Positions 44,438 to 53,597 of a stretch of 64,000 nt of DNA are shown here, one piece after another. The notes below the pieces were generated by a model. The model was given only the letters and a program-made list of their open reading frames with translations, was not told the DNA's origin and made no database searches. Position 1 is the first letter of the stretch. The number at the start of each line of letters is the position of its first letter. The stretch lies in the IMG/VR virus record IMGVR_UViG_3300045988_050655. The stretch is one strand, 5' to 3'. This DNA is from a virus. The position numbers were made by a program, and so were the translations under genes.

Positions 44438-46594
44438 CTATATGATGGTTGCTGCCGAAACAGAAACCTTTCTTCTCATTACTCTTGCCTGATTCTGTAT
44501 CATCTTAGGCATTTCCATTTCGTTGAAGCAGATATGGAGTCCGATGGCTCTTGTCATGAGCAAATCATCGTGCTTACCGTCAATGGCTCCGTATGCTCCG
44601 TTCTTCTTACGCTCATAGGTAAGGTACTCATTTAGGCATCGCTGGTCACGTTCAACGTATAGATGCTCTCTGACTACCTGAACCAGTACTGAGATAACCA
44701 TTGGCTTGGTTGCTACATTGGTATGGAATCCGTACTTACGTGGAAGACCTTCCTTAATGTCTGCTTCGCTCTGCTTGCGTGCATAGAGGTTATCGTACTC
44801 ATCCTTGATTTGATTCAGGATGAACTCAGACTGGTCACCACCTTCCAAGATGTGCTCCTTGTCTTTCGTCTCTAAGGTGTTGGATTCAATTACCAAGAGG
44901 GCATTATCGTAGTACTTGGCTATCTGGGCAGCCTTCCATGCCAACAAGTCCATATCTATGTGTCCGTACCATTGGGCTACCACATACGGCTTGCCACCTT
45001 CCATCATCCAATAGCGGTCGAAGACACAGATAACAGACCAGTCTGCCTTGCTACCTCTACCACCAATATCTACTACTACCAGATAGCGGTTGGTTACTTT
45101 GCAATCGTCAAAGTACTCAGGCTTGCTCCATATCCACAACTGCCCAGTCTTGTCTTCCGAGAATCGTACATTCTGTAGGCATTTCTTGCCCTTGTAACCA
45201 TCCCCATATACGTCACCGATGAATTTTGGTGCTCTGCAACCTTTCTTGAACTGGTCAACTTTCTCTTCTGCAAATACCTTGGCTCCTGAGTGCTTGAAAG
45301 CCTCTACTGGGTCAGAAGGGAATCCGCTAGCCATATCTCCGTGGTCAGTGAACTTCTTGCGTTCCACGATATACCAGTTAAGAGCTTCCAACGGTGCTCC
45401 CATCTGCCACAACTTCCAAAGATAAGTTACTGGCTCCTCACGATTCGACATCGTGTTGGTGTTGTTGCGGTTTTCGTATAGCCATTTGGCGAACTCCTCT
45501 TTCTGTTTCTTGCTCTCGAAGTCAAGATGGTAGAGGTCGTAAATCTCAAACCAAGGAACGAAGAACGGCTCAAATACAGATTCACCTTTCTCTGCTGCCA
45601 GCCACTCCTGATGGAAGAAGTTTCCAGTACCATTGGCGGTTGATTCATATACAATCATCGTGTATGGTCGGTAGAGCACACCATTGGTTGCATTCTGGAT
45701 AACCTCCTCAGGAGACTTACCTTCTGTCTTCTCCCATAATCCTACCTCGGAGCAGTGGATGAGGTTGTAATCTTCACCATTTGCAGAAGTAGGTTTCTGC
45801 ATGGAACCTACTTTAATCTTGCAGAATCGCTGAGGAACCTTCTTCACGTTTCCTGATGTTCCAACTCCAACAAACTTAGGCTCGCTATCAGAATATACTT
45901 CGCCCATTTCGTGCAGGAACTTGGTTGGAAATTCCTTCAACGCTTCATCGAACATGCCTCGGATGGTTTCTGCGGTGTCCTTGACCTGAGCAATAATCAG
46001 CGAGTTGAGACCCTTCTGCCACATGAGTTGCAGCCAGAGGAAGTACATCTGAATGACCGTAGAACCTCCCCATTGTCGGGCTTTCAGCAGGATGAGACGG
46101 ATAGGGCGATTTTTCTTTCTTCGCTCCTCCAGCCACCTGAGCAGTCTGCGCTGCGGTCTTCTGAGCACAAAGCGGAAGGGGAGACCTCCACCTTTCGGTT
46201 TGATATAGATGAACGTGGCGAAAAAGAAGAAGGGGTCGTGTTTCATCCTGATGCGAGTGAACTGCTCCACCAGTTGCTCCATTTCTTCCTCTAGGTTGTA
46301 TGGCTCGTCTATATCCTTGTGCAGTTCCTCGATTACTGCCTTGCAGCTACCCAGTTCGATGAGCATCTTGACGAGCGGAATTTTCTTCATCGAAACAGGA
46401 AGCTGCTGTCTCTGAATCGGGAAATCAGGAAGGAAGAGCAGAAATCGCTTGTCTCCACAACCTTCACCCTTGATAGGATTGAAGGGTGTGTTGATTTCCT
46501 TGATGCGTTTCTCGTTCTCTTTCAGGATGCCCAATACGTGTTTGTCTAGAGCATCTGTGAGTTTGGCTTGTGTGGCGGTTACTTGTCTTGGCAT
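44438..46594 (-). CDS. terL: terminase large subunit
   Basis: Walker A-like 'KARQWGGSTV', 'LIHCSEVG' (Walker B-like), 'YESTANGTGN', and a C-terminal RNase H-like nuclease 'VVVDIGGRGSKADWSVICVFD'. ATG 46594; the track extends to 46666. Confidence 0.85.
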   Translation of the reverse strand: MPRQVTATQAKLTDALDKHVLGILKENEKRIKEINTPFNPIKGEGCGDKRFLLFLPDFPIQRQQLPVSMKKIPLVKMLIELGSCKAVIEELHKDIDEPYNLEEEMEQLVEQFTRIRMKHDPFFFFATFIYIKPKGGGLPFRFVLRRPQRRLLRWLEERRKKNRPIRLILLKARQWGGSTVIQMYFLWLQLMWQKGLNSLIIAQVKDTAETIRGMFDEALKEFPTKFLHEMGEVYSDSEPKFVGVGTSGNVKKVPQRFCKIKVGSMQKPTSANGEDYNLIHCSEVGLWEKTEGKSPEEVIQNATNGVLYRPYTMIVYESTANGTGNFFHQEWLAAEKGESVFEPFFVPWFEIYDLYHLDFESKKQKEEFAKWLYENRNNTNTMSNREEPVTYLWKLWQMGAPLEALNWYIVERKKFTDHGDMASGFPSDPVEAFKHSGAKVFAEEKVDQFKKGCRAPKFIGDVYGDGYKGKKCLQNVRFSEDKTGQLWIWSKPEYFDDCKVTNRYLVVVDIGGRGSKADWSVICVFDRYWMMEGGKPYVVAQWYGHIDMDLLAWKAAQIAKYYDNALLVIESNTLETKDKEHILEGGDQSEFILNQIKDEYDNLYARKQSEADIKEGLPRKYGFHTNVATKPMVISVLVQVVREHLYVERDQRCLNEYLTYERKKNGAYGAIDGKHDDLLMTRAIGLHICFNEMEMPKMIQNQARVMRRKVSVSAATII

Positions 46595-47058
46595 AGCGGT
46601 GCATTTAAATATCCCCACAACAGACCAAGTACATAGCAATAGATGTGGACTCCAACTGCCATGCAAGGGAAGAAGATTCCAACACAGATATATAGGAGAA
46701 TGGTGAGATTGTATCTTACCTTATTCTCCACGTAGGGGGCGATAAAGCCCATGTAAGCATAGATAAAGCCGCTGAGACCGATGATTGGTAGGGATGAGGT
46801 GAAGGGATAGCTGACGGCTATGAGATAGAATGCCACCATGTGACCGATGCCGCAATGGATGGCTCGGTAGCATTGATGGAAGACGTAAAGGTTGATGGCT
46901 GCATGAAAGATGTTCTGATGAAAGAAAGGGTAGCTTAGTCGGTTCTGAATAGAACAACCGTCTGAGAGACCCATGCCATCATATCCTAGAAAAGTGATAC
47001 ACATTATTATAATGTACCCAGCATAAAGCGCAATCTTTTCTTTCGTCTCTCGTAGCAT
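46579..47058 (-). CDS. rhomboid-family intramembrane serine protease (minimal 6-TM core, 159 aa)
   Basis: TM2 'HQNIFHAAIN' (H-x4-H-x3-N), TM4 'IGLSGFIYAYMG' (GxSG, Ser96 at 46771-46773), TM6 'VGVHIYCYVLGLLWG' (His138 at 46645-46647). Six hydrophobic segments. Confidence 0.75.
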   Translation of the reverse strand: MLRETKEKIALYAGYIIIMCITFLGYDGMGLSDGCSIQNRLSYPFFHQNIFHAAINLYVFHQCYRAIHCGIGHMVAFYLIAVSYPFTSSLPIIGLSGFIYAYMGFIAPYVENKVRYNLTILLYICVGIFFPCMAVGVHIYCYVLGLLWGYLNAPLCQDK

Positions 47059-47462
47059 CTTTGCTTCTCCTCCTTTCTCACCCTGCTAAGAATTACGTGT
47101 ATGCTTTGAGGAGTCAAGTAGAAACTGGGTGCTTTTTCAGCACATACACGTTTGATGATTTCCATATTACTGAGATATGGCTCATTACTCTTATGAATCT
47201 GGAATCGTCTGAAAATCTCCTGATACATTTCCTTTCGGGTAGGAATCATGTTATCAAGTGGTTTTCCTTTCAGTAAGTCTAATATGACTATATAAGCACG
47301 GTCTTCTGAAACCCAAAATCTTCTGCTCGGAGACTGGGCTAGCTTCTGCTCAATCTCTGAGAGTCTGATATTGTCTCTTACCTTAATAATTTCTTTGTAA
47401 GCCCTCAATAAATCAGCGTCACGTTCCTGTATAAAATAGCATCGTGAATCCTTATATTTCAT
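47007..47462 (-). CDS. hypothetical protein (151 aa; possible small-terminase/DNA-binding role by position only)
   Basis: First gene of the TerL operon. ATG lies 12 nt from a TATATTTG box. Confidence 0.55.
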   Translation of the reverse strand: MKYKDSRCYFIQERDADLLRAYKEIIKVRDNIRLSEIEQKLAQSPSRRFWVSEDRAYIVILDLLKGKPLDNMIPTRKEMYQEIFRRFQIHKSNEPYLSNMEIIKRVCAEKAPSFYLTPQSIHVILSRVRKEEKQRCYERRKKRLRFMLGTL

Positions 47463-47473
47463 ATCTGACCCTG

Positions 47474-47481
47474 CAAATATA
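47474..47481 (-). promoter_or_regulatory. Bacteroides-type -7 box (TATATTTG on minus strand) for the terminase operon
   Basis: Exact match. Very short or absent leader. Confidence 0.45.
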
Positions 47482-47522
47482 CAAAAAAGTATTGAATTAG
47501 TCGCATCCGATTAGATTAAATT

Positions 47523-47563
47523 AACGGATAAAAGATGAAAATCGGAAAAAAGCATTAATTTTG
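47523..47563 (+). promoter_or_regulatory. late-type promoter P4: AACGGATAAAA-N22-TAATTTTG
   Basis: Same 41-nt architecture, upstream of the scaffold/capsid genes. Confidence 0.6.
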
Positions 47564-47594
47564 GGCATTGATTTATAAATTTACACATATATAT

Positions 47595-48410
47595 ATGGAC
47601 GAAAATACAAATATTGAGCAGAATGCTGGTGCTGCAAAACAGCAAGACACCAAGACCAAGAGAGACTTGGCTTTGGAGCGTTTGAAGACCCGCCACCCTG
47701 ACACGGAGTATGCGGATGATGAGGCTATGTATGGGGCAATCAATGATGATTATGATGCCGACCAGAAGGCTTTGCAGGGTTACAAGGATAACGAGAAGGC
47801 GATGGGCGATTGGCTGGGTAGTGACCCTGAGGCGGCTACCTTCCTTCAAGCGATGAAGGCTGGCAAGAGTCCTTACGCTGAGTTGATTCGTACTCATGGT
47901 GAGGATGCCATTGACTACTACTCTGACCCTGACAATGCGGATGAGATTGCATCGGCTCAGTCGGAGTTCTTGCAGAATGCTGCCAACGGCAAGAAATTGC
48001 AGGAGGAGTATGACAAGAACATGCCATCCAGCTATGAAGTATTCGACAAGTTGGAAGAGAAGTATGGCGAGGAAGCTGTGAATGAAGCCATTGACCAGTG
48101 CTTTCAGACAATGCGCAATGTGGTGACTGGTAAGTTTACCGAGGAAATGATTACTGCTTTCATCAAGGCTAAGAACCATGATACCGATGTGGCTGATGCG
48201 GCACATGAGGGTGAGGTTCGTGGCAAGAACAGCAAGCACGTCAAGAACTTGCAGCTACGCAAGAAGGGTGATGGTACTGCCGACCTTGATTCTGCCAATG
48301 CGGAGACCAAGCCAACGGATAACCAGCCTGACCTTGGTGCTGTGGGCAGGGTATCACGAAGGGGTAACGTCTGGGAACGTGGTAACGAGAAGAGAACACA
48401 CATTAGATAA
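47595..48410 (+). CDS. putative head scaffolding protein (acidic, helical)
   Basis: D/E-rich 271-aa protein directly upstream of the capsid gene. The C-terminal 'NVWERGNEKRT' module is shared with 53244-53465. The track start at 47568 is TTG. Confidence 0.55.
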   Translation: MDENTNIEQNAGAAKQQDTKTKRDLALERLKTRHPDTEYADDEAMYGAINDDYDADQKALQGYKDNEKAMGDWLGSDPEAATFLQAMKAGKSPYAELIRTHGEDAIDYYSDPDNADEIASAQSEFLQNAANGKKLQEEYDKNMPSSYEVFDKLEEKYGEEAVNEAIDQCFQTMRNVVTGKFTEEMITAFIKAKNHDTDVADAAHEGEVRGKNSKHVKNLQLRKKGDGTADLDSANAETKPTDNQPDLGAVGRVSRRGNVWERGNEKRTHIR

Positions 48411-48463
48411 TTCGACAAGGTGAAAAGATAATATATAATGTTTAATTAATATTCAGAATAACA

Positions 48464-50005
48464 ATGAAGAAAAGTACATTTAATCGGCTGCTTTCCATCT
48501 TCCTGATGGTTATGGCAGTTATTTTTGGAGTGAATGGTCAGGTTATCATGGCTGAGGCGGCAAATCTGCCTGATGGCGGTAGTACCGAGAGTGGTGCTGC
48601 TGCCGAGGCTGGTGGTGCTCCTGCTGCTGGTGAGGCTGGCAATGGTGGTGCGGCTCGTCAGAGTGAAGGTATCAAGACTGAGACTCAGGGTCGTGAGCAC
48701 TATAACGAGAACGGCACGGAGTATTACCTGAACGACATTGATGAGAAGATTACCAAGATTCGCCCGATGGCTACTCCAGTTGACCAGATTTCACGCTATG
48801 CGACAACCAAGTCTGCCAATTCATTTGTAGTTGAGTATTGGAGTATCGGTACACGTCCTATCAAGACTACCGTGAAGGAAGCAACGGTGGAGAGTACTGG
48901 TACATCTATGGTATTGAAGGTAGAAGACCCTACCATGTTTACGCTGGATGATACCATCCGAGTGGTAGGCGTGAAGGCAATTACCAACTATAAGGGTGTT
49001 GCATATTCTACCATTACTGATGCTCCTACTCCTGATTTGGAACTTTGCGTTTGCGGTAAGGACACAGAGGGCTACCCTATTGTATATGCCGTAAATGGTA
49101 AGTTGATTAACAAGCAGGCTATCGGTGTTCCTGCCTTGAAGAAGGGTCAGAAGCTTATCCGTATGGCTAAGAGTTGTGGTGAAATGGACGTTCAGACGGG
49201 TCGTTTCAACAACCTTCCTGCATCTGAGACCCAGTATTGTCAGAACTTCATGATTCAGGTTGAGCAGAGTACCTTCGACAAGATTGCAGCCAAGCGAGTG
49301 GATTGGGACTTCTCGGACATTGAGGAGGATAGCATCTATGATATGCGTCTTGCCATGGAGGGTACTTATCTCTTCGGTGATATGGCTTGCATCAAGCATG
49401 AGGTTAAGAATGGTTCTGCCCAGTGGTTTACCAAGGGTATCTGGTGGATGGCTGGTAAGGACATTGAGGTAGGTCATGTTGCTACTGCTGATGATATTAA
49501 GAAGGGCTACAACAAGAATGAGCGAGTGATTACCGACTTGGAGTTGGTTGACATTTCCAAGGACTTGTTTGTGGGTACTGGTATCGGCAACAAACGCAAG
49601 GTGATTATCGCTGGTTCTGACTTCGTGAGCGCATTCAGCAAGATTGATTCCGACAAGTTCCGCTTGAAGGACACCGTTGATATTTGGAAGTTGAAGTTCA
49701 AGAGTTGGGAGACTGACTTTGGTGAGGTGCTGATGATTCACTCTGAGTTGTTCGACCTCTTCGGCATGAGTGACTGCGGCTTTGCCCTTGACCCTGAGTT
49801 CTTGGTTAAGCGAGTACACTTGTCTTGGACACGAAACGTGCTCGACTTGAAGGCGGCTGGCATCCGTAACACCGATGCAGTGGTTATTCAGGAGGTAGCT
49901 TGTCTGTACTTGAAGTACCCTAAGGCACATGCTCGTATGCGCCTTGCCAAGATTCCTGAGGAGGTTTCTCAGACAGATGATGCAGAGGTGAAGGCTGCTG
50001 CCTAA
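48464..50005 (+). CDS. putative major capsid protein
   Basis: 513 aa, located after the scaffold-like gene and followed by the strongest terminator in the window. No sequence motif verified. ATG 48548 is an alternative start that removes the hydrophobic N-terminus. Confidence 0.6.
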   Translation: MKKSTFNRLLSIFLMVMAVIFGVNGQVIMAEAANLPDGGSTESGAAAEAGGAPAAGEAGNGGAARQSEGIKTETQGREHYNENGTEYYLNDIDEKITKIRPMATPVDQISRYATTKSANSFVVEYWSIGTRPIKTTVKEATVESTGTSMVLKVEDPTMFTLDDTIRVVGVKAITNYKGVAYSTITDAPTPDLELCVCGKDTEGYPIVYAVNGKLINKQAIGVPALKKGQKLIRMAKSCGEMDVQTGRFNNLPASETQYCQNFMIQVEQSTFDKIAAKRVDWDFSDIEEDSIYDMRLAMEGTYLFGDMACIKHEVKNGSAQWFTKGIWWMAGKDIEVGHVATADDIKKGYNKNERVITDLELVDISKDLFVGTGIGNKRKVIIAGSDFVSAFSKIDSDKFRLKDTVDIWKLKFKSWETDFGEVLMIHSELFDLFGMSDCGFALDPEFLVKRVHLSWTRNVLDLKAAGIRNTDAVVIQEVACLYLKYPKAHARMRLAKIPEEVSQTDDAEVKAAA

Positions 50006-50042
50006 AAGCAAGTAGATTTGTAAATTATTCATTAAATAGTGA

Positions 50043-50075
50043 GGGGTGTGGGCACTAGCCCCATCCCTTTTTTTT
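50043..50075 (+). terminator. intrinsic terminator after the capsid gene
   Basis: GC-rich hairpin GGGGTG(T)GGG-CACTAG-CCCCATCCC followed by T8. Confidence 0.75.
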
Positions 50076-50103
50076 AGTAACACATATATAATAAGGTATA
50101 ATC

Positions 50104-50511
50104 ATGTTTAATAAATATCAAGCAGGAACAGATTTGGCATTCAGCGTTATGGTAGGTAACGAGCGGATGCGCATTGTCTTTGAGGGTAAGAGTATGGGCA
50201 GTAGTGTTTATATGACAAGAGACCCTAAGGTGCAGAAGGCTATCGAGTCGCATTATTGGTTTAATGACAAGTTCTTCTTGGTGGAGAGTATTGACGAGAA
50301 GAAGGAAGCTGCTGAGGCAAAGAAGAAGGCTGCTGCCAAGACCAAGAAGAAGGTGGCTGACGAGAAGAAGACCCACGTAGTGACAGACGTAGAGGATGCC
50401 AAGGACTATCTGGCTGAGACCTATGGTGTGAGCCGTTCTAAAATGAAGACCAAGGAAGACATCTTGGCTATTGCCAAGGAAAAGGGTGTTGAACTAGAAG
50501 GACTGGAGTAA
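50104..50511 (+). CDS. hypothetical head-associated protein with K/A/E linker and C-terminal HeH/SAP-like motif
   Basis: 'SKMKTKEDILAIAKEKGV' at the C-terminus. Confidence 0.6.
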   Translation: MFNKYQAGTDLAFSVMVGNERMRIVFEGKSMGSSVYMTRDPKVQKAIESHYWFNDKFFLVESIDEKKEAAEAKKKAAAKTKKKVADEKKTHVVTDVEDAKDYLAETYGVSRSKMKTKEDILAIAKEKGVELEGLE

Positions 50512-51170
50512 TGAGTACGTATGCTGTATCTGAACTGGTGAAAGAAGTGAAGGTGCTCTTGGACAGAAACCAAGAGACTTCGGGCTTGCTGACTCCTACC
50601 GATTCTGATACCTTGTCACAGGGCGAGTTGATTCAGAGTAAGATAGTAGATGCAGCAAGAATCATATTGAAGGATGCTCCTGCCAGTATGCTGGATGGTC
50701 AGCGATTCGAGGGTCTTGACGTATCTTGGCAAGAGTCTTATGGGGCTTATGTGGGAACCATGTATCTTCCATCGGACATGATTAGGCTGCTGAGCGTGAA
50801 GGCTAGTGACTGGCAACGCTCGGCTCAGGTTATCACCGAGGATGATGATGCCTACAAGATGCAGGGTAGCCGATTCGGAGTAAGGGGGAATCCTGAGCGA
50901 CCTATTGCAGCGTTGATTCACAGCGATGGCGAGCGATTCTTGGAGTTGTATACCAGCAGGAGCGACAAGGCTACGGTGGTGCTATCGTGCGTGTGTATGC
51001 CGATTATCAGCCAAGAGAAGATAACGCTGCCTGAAACCTTGAAGGATTCCATCGTGTATATGGCTGGCTATCTTGTCTGTGTCAGTCTTGGCGATAGCGA
51101 TTCTGCAAGCGGATTGCTTGGTGTGGCTCGGAAGCTGGCTCATATTGTTGAACCTACAGAAACACAATAA
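50511..51170 (+). CDS. hypothetical head/connector protein (219 aa)
   Basis: ATGA-coupled to the upstream gene and 2 nt before the portal gene. Confidence 0.6.
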   Translation: MSTYAVSELVKEVKVLLDRNQETSGLLTPTDSDTLSQGELIQSKIVDAARIILKDAPASMLDGQRFEGLDVSWQESYGAYVGTMYLPSDMIRLLSVKASDWQRSAQVITEDDDAYKMQGSRFGVRGNPERPIAALIHSDGERFLELYTSRSDKATVVLSCVCMPIISQEKITLPETLKDSIVYMAGYLVCVSLGDSDSASGLLGVARKLAHIVEPTETQ

Positions 51171-51172
51171 CT

Positions 51173-53209
51173 ATGGCAAAGAAGAAAGAAAAAGCTAAAT
51201 TGCTATCGTTGAGCAAGGTGATTGATAAGGATGAACTGGATAGCGTGAAGGAGTCGATGAAACGCTTTGACCGACCTTATGAGCGTGCCTTCTCTATCTT
51301 GCTGGAGGCTCAGCGATATTACAACAACATGGATAACTTCCGAAAGCGAAGACTGAGAAACAAGCGATACTGCTATGGAGACCAGTGGGGAGATACCATT
51401 GAGTTTAAAAGCAAGTGTGGCTTTAAAAAGCGTATCAGGGAGGAAGACTATATCCGTGAGCAGGGTAGCGAACCATTGAAGAACAACCTTATCCGTAGGT
51501 TGGTTAAGAATGTGCTGGGTGTGTATCGCTCTCAGAGCAAGGAACCGACATGCAACGCTAGAGATAAGGATGAGAAACGATATGGCGAGACCATGAGCGT
51601 GGTGCTGCAATGTAACCGACAACTGAACCGAGAGACGGAACTGGATGCCCGAACCATGGAAGAGTTCCTGATTAGTGGTGCTGCTATCTATAAGAAAAAG
51701 TATGGATGGCGAAGGGGGAGGCTGGATTGCTGGACGGACTACGTGAATCCGAACAATTTCTTCATAGATAACAATATGAGGGATTTCCGTGGTTGGGACG
51801 TGAGTTGCTTGGGTGAGGTGCATGATATTACCATCGGTAACGTGCTGAGAGAGTTTGCCAAGTCTCCTGCTGAAGCTAGGAAGTTGAAGGAGATATACAG
51901 ACTGGCAGCTAACCGTGATTTCGTGATTGCTGATTGCACCAAGCGATTCGGTGAGTTCGACCCTAGGACTATTGACTTTATGAATCCTTCTAACCCTTCA
52001 CTCTGCCGAGTGATAGAGGTTTGGCGCAAGGAGAGTAAACCGAGATACCGATGCCACGACTACAACAATGGCGATGATTTCAAAATTGATATTGAGGATA
52101 AGGCTGATATTGTAGATGCAGAGAACAGAGACAGAATCAGGCGAGGTATGGCTGCTGGCATGATGGAAGAGGATATTCCTCTGATTGATGCCGAATGGTT
52201 TATGGATGATTACTGGCATTTCTACTATCTTTCTCCTTTCGGTGATATTCTGAGAGAAGGAGAGACCCCTTATGCTCATGGTGAGCATCCATATTGCTTT
52301 AAGTTCTATCCGTTTATTGATGGTGAGATTCACAGCTTCGTGGAAGATGTGATTGACCAGCAGAGATACGTGAACCGACTTATCACGATGTATGACTTCA
52401 TCATGAGGGCGAGTGCCAAGGGTGTGCTGCTCTGTCCTGAGGATTGTCTGCCTGATGATATGAGTTGGGATGATTTCTGCGATGAGTGGAGTAGGTTCAA
52501 TGGTGTGGTGAGATACAAGCCAAATAAGAGCGGTCAGGTTCCTCAGCAAGTGGCGAACAACTCTACGAATATCGGTATCGGTGACTTGCTCAGCTATCAG
52601 TTGAAGTTCTTCGAGGATATATCGGGAGTGAATGGTGCGCTGCAAGGTAAACCAGGAGTATCGGGTACGAGCGGTTCGCTTTATGCCCAGCAGACACAGA
52701 ATGCTACCATGTCGCTGCTTGATATTTTGGAGAGCTTCAGCCAGTTTATCATTGATGGTGCTTACAAGACTGTGAAGAATATGCAGCAGTACTATGACGT
52801 GGCTCGAAACTTCAATATCGTTGGTAGGGCAGGACAGATTGTACACTACGACCCTAAGAAGATTAGAGACGTGGAGTTTGACATCAACATCACGGAAAGT
52901 ACGGTTACTCCTGTATACAGACAGATGGCGAATGAGTTCCTTATGACCTTGTGGCAGAATCAGGCTATCACGCTGGAGCAGTTGCTGCAAGTAGGAGATT
53001 TCCCATTTGGAGAGGAGTTGCTGCAATCGGTTGCATCCAACCAGCAAGCCATTCAGAATGGTGAGACTCCACAAGGATTCTCTCCTCAGCTTCAAGCCCA
53101 AGTTGCTCAGGCATCACAGAGCAATCCGAAGGCTCAGGCGATGTTGCAGCAGATGATGAGCGGGCAGGGAGTGAGTCCTGATGGACAGAATCCACCGCTG
53201 GCGGCATAA
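51173..53209 (+). CDS. portal protein
   Basis: 678 aa. The C-terminal region 'YDPKKIRDVEFDINITESTVTPVYRQMANEFLMTLWQNQAIT' resembles podovirus-type portal/connector proteins. Q-rich tail. Assigned by pattern and context. Confidence 0.7.
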   Translation: MAKKKEKAKLLSLSKVIDKDELDSVKESMKRFDRPYERAFSILLEAQRYYNNMDNFRKRRLRNKRYCYGDQWGDTIEFKSKCGFKKRIREEDYIREQGSEPLKNNLIRRLVKNVLGVYRSQSKEPTCNARDKDEKRYGETMSVVLQCNRQLNRETELDARTMEEFLISGAAIYKKKYGWRRGRLDCWTDYVNPNNFFIDNNMRDFRGWDVSCLGEVHDITIGNVLREFAKSPAEARKLKEIYRLAANRDFVIADCTKRFGEFDPRTIDFMNPSNPSLCRVIEVWRKESKPRYRCHDYNNGDDFKIDIEDKADIVDAENRDRIRRGMAAGMMEEDIPLIDAEWFMDDYWHFYYLSPFGDILREGETPYAHGEHPYCFKFYPFIDGEIHSFVEDVIDQQRYVNRLITMYDFIMRASAKGVLLCPEDCLPDDMSWDDFCDEWSRFNGVVRYKPNKSGQVPQQVANNSTNIGIGDLLSYQLKFFEDISGVNGALQGKPGVSGTSGSLYAQQTQNATMSLLDILESFSQFIIDGAYKTVKNMQQYYDVARNFNIVGRAGQIVHYDPKKIRDVEFDINITESTVTPVYRQMANEFLMTLWQNQAITLEQLLQVGDFPFGEELLQSVASNQQAIQNGETPQGFSPQLQAQVAQASQSNPKAQAMLQQMMSGQGVSPDGQNPPLAA

Positions 53210-53212
53210 CAA

Positions 53213-53243
53213 GTTAATAGTTTATAGTTAATAGTTTATAGTT
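53213..53243. repeat. 2.2 tandem copies of a 14-nt unit GTTAATAGTTTATA
   Basis: Read directly, between the portal stop and ATG 53244. Confidence 0.7.
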
Positions 53244-53465
53244 ATGATTGCAGACAAACCAAGTGACAAGAAATGGTATGGCAATGGGAAACCTGATGCC
53301 AGCCAAGGTGGCAACCCGAATGGTGGTATTGCCACGGAGACCCAAGGGAGGGAAGACAAGCCCGAACTTTACGAAAATGACGTTATCGGAAAGGTGGCGA
53401 AACGGAAGAAAAACGACATCTGGACGAGGGGTGGAGAGAAGAGAACTAGATTTAAGGACGAATAA
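53244..53465 (+). CDS. small protein (73 aa) sharing modules with the capsid N-terminus and the scaffold C-terminus
   Basis: 'GIATETQGRE' versus capsid 'GIKTETQGRE'. 'NDIWTRGGEKRT' versus scaffold 'NVWERGNEKRT'. Confidence 0.5.
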   Translation: MIADKPSDKKWYGNGKPDASQGGNPNGGIATETQGREDKPELYENDVIGKVAKRKKNDIWTRGGEKRTRFKDE

Positions 53466-53527
53466 AGAAAGGAAGTGTTTTTATCGTAACTGTATTTATC
53501 TGATATTCAGATAGCTACAGAAATATC

Positions 53528-53568
53528 TACGAGTTTATGGTGCTGCGTTTAAGATATTGGTATCTTTG
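53528..53568 (+). promoter_or_regulatory. second-class promoter: TACGAGTTTAT-N22-TATCTTTG
   Basis: Identical 11-mer and spacing as 34169-34209. 29 nt upstream of ATG 53598. Confidence 0.5.
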
Positions 53569-53597
53569 CAGCATCATAAACTTTTAATTTTTATATT

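Noticed and set aside
47504-47514. Seventh copy of the late AACGGATAAAR element upstream of the terminase-operon promoter (CTAATCGGATG on the minus strand)
   Set aside because: It shares only the CGGAT core, contains an inserted T, and its spacing to the -7 box is off by 3 nt. It is not counted.
48821-50083. 420-aa ORF antisense to the capsid gene
   Set aside because: A shadow ORF opposite a well-supported sense gene with promoter and terminator. The translation is low-complexity L/H/N-rich with no motifs. The same applies to 51998-53101 (antisense to portal), 47511-48239 (antisense to scaffold) and 34310-35167.
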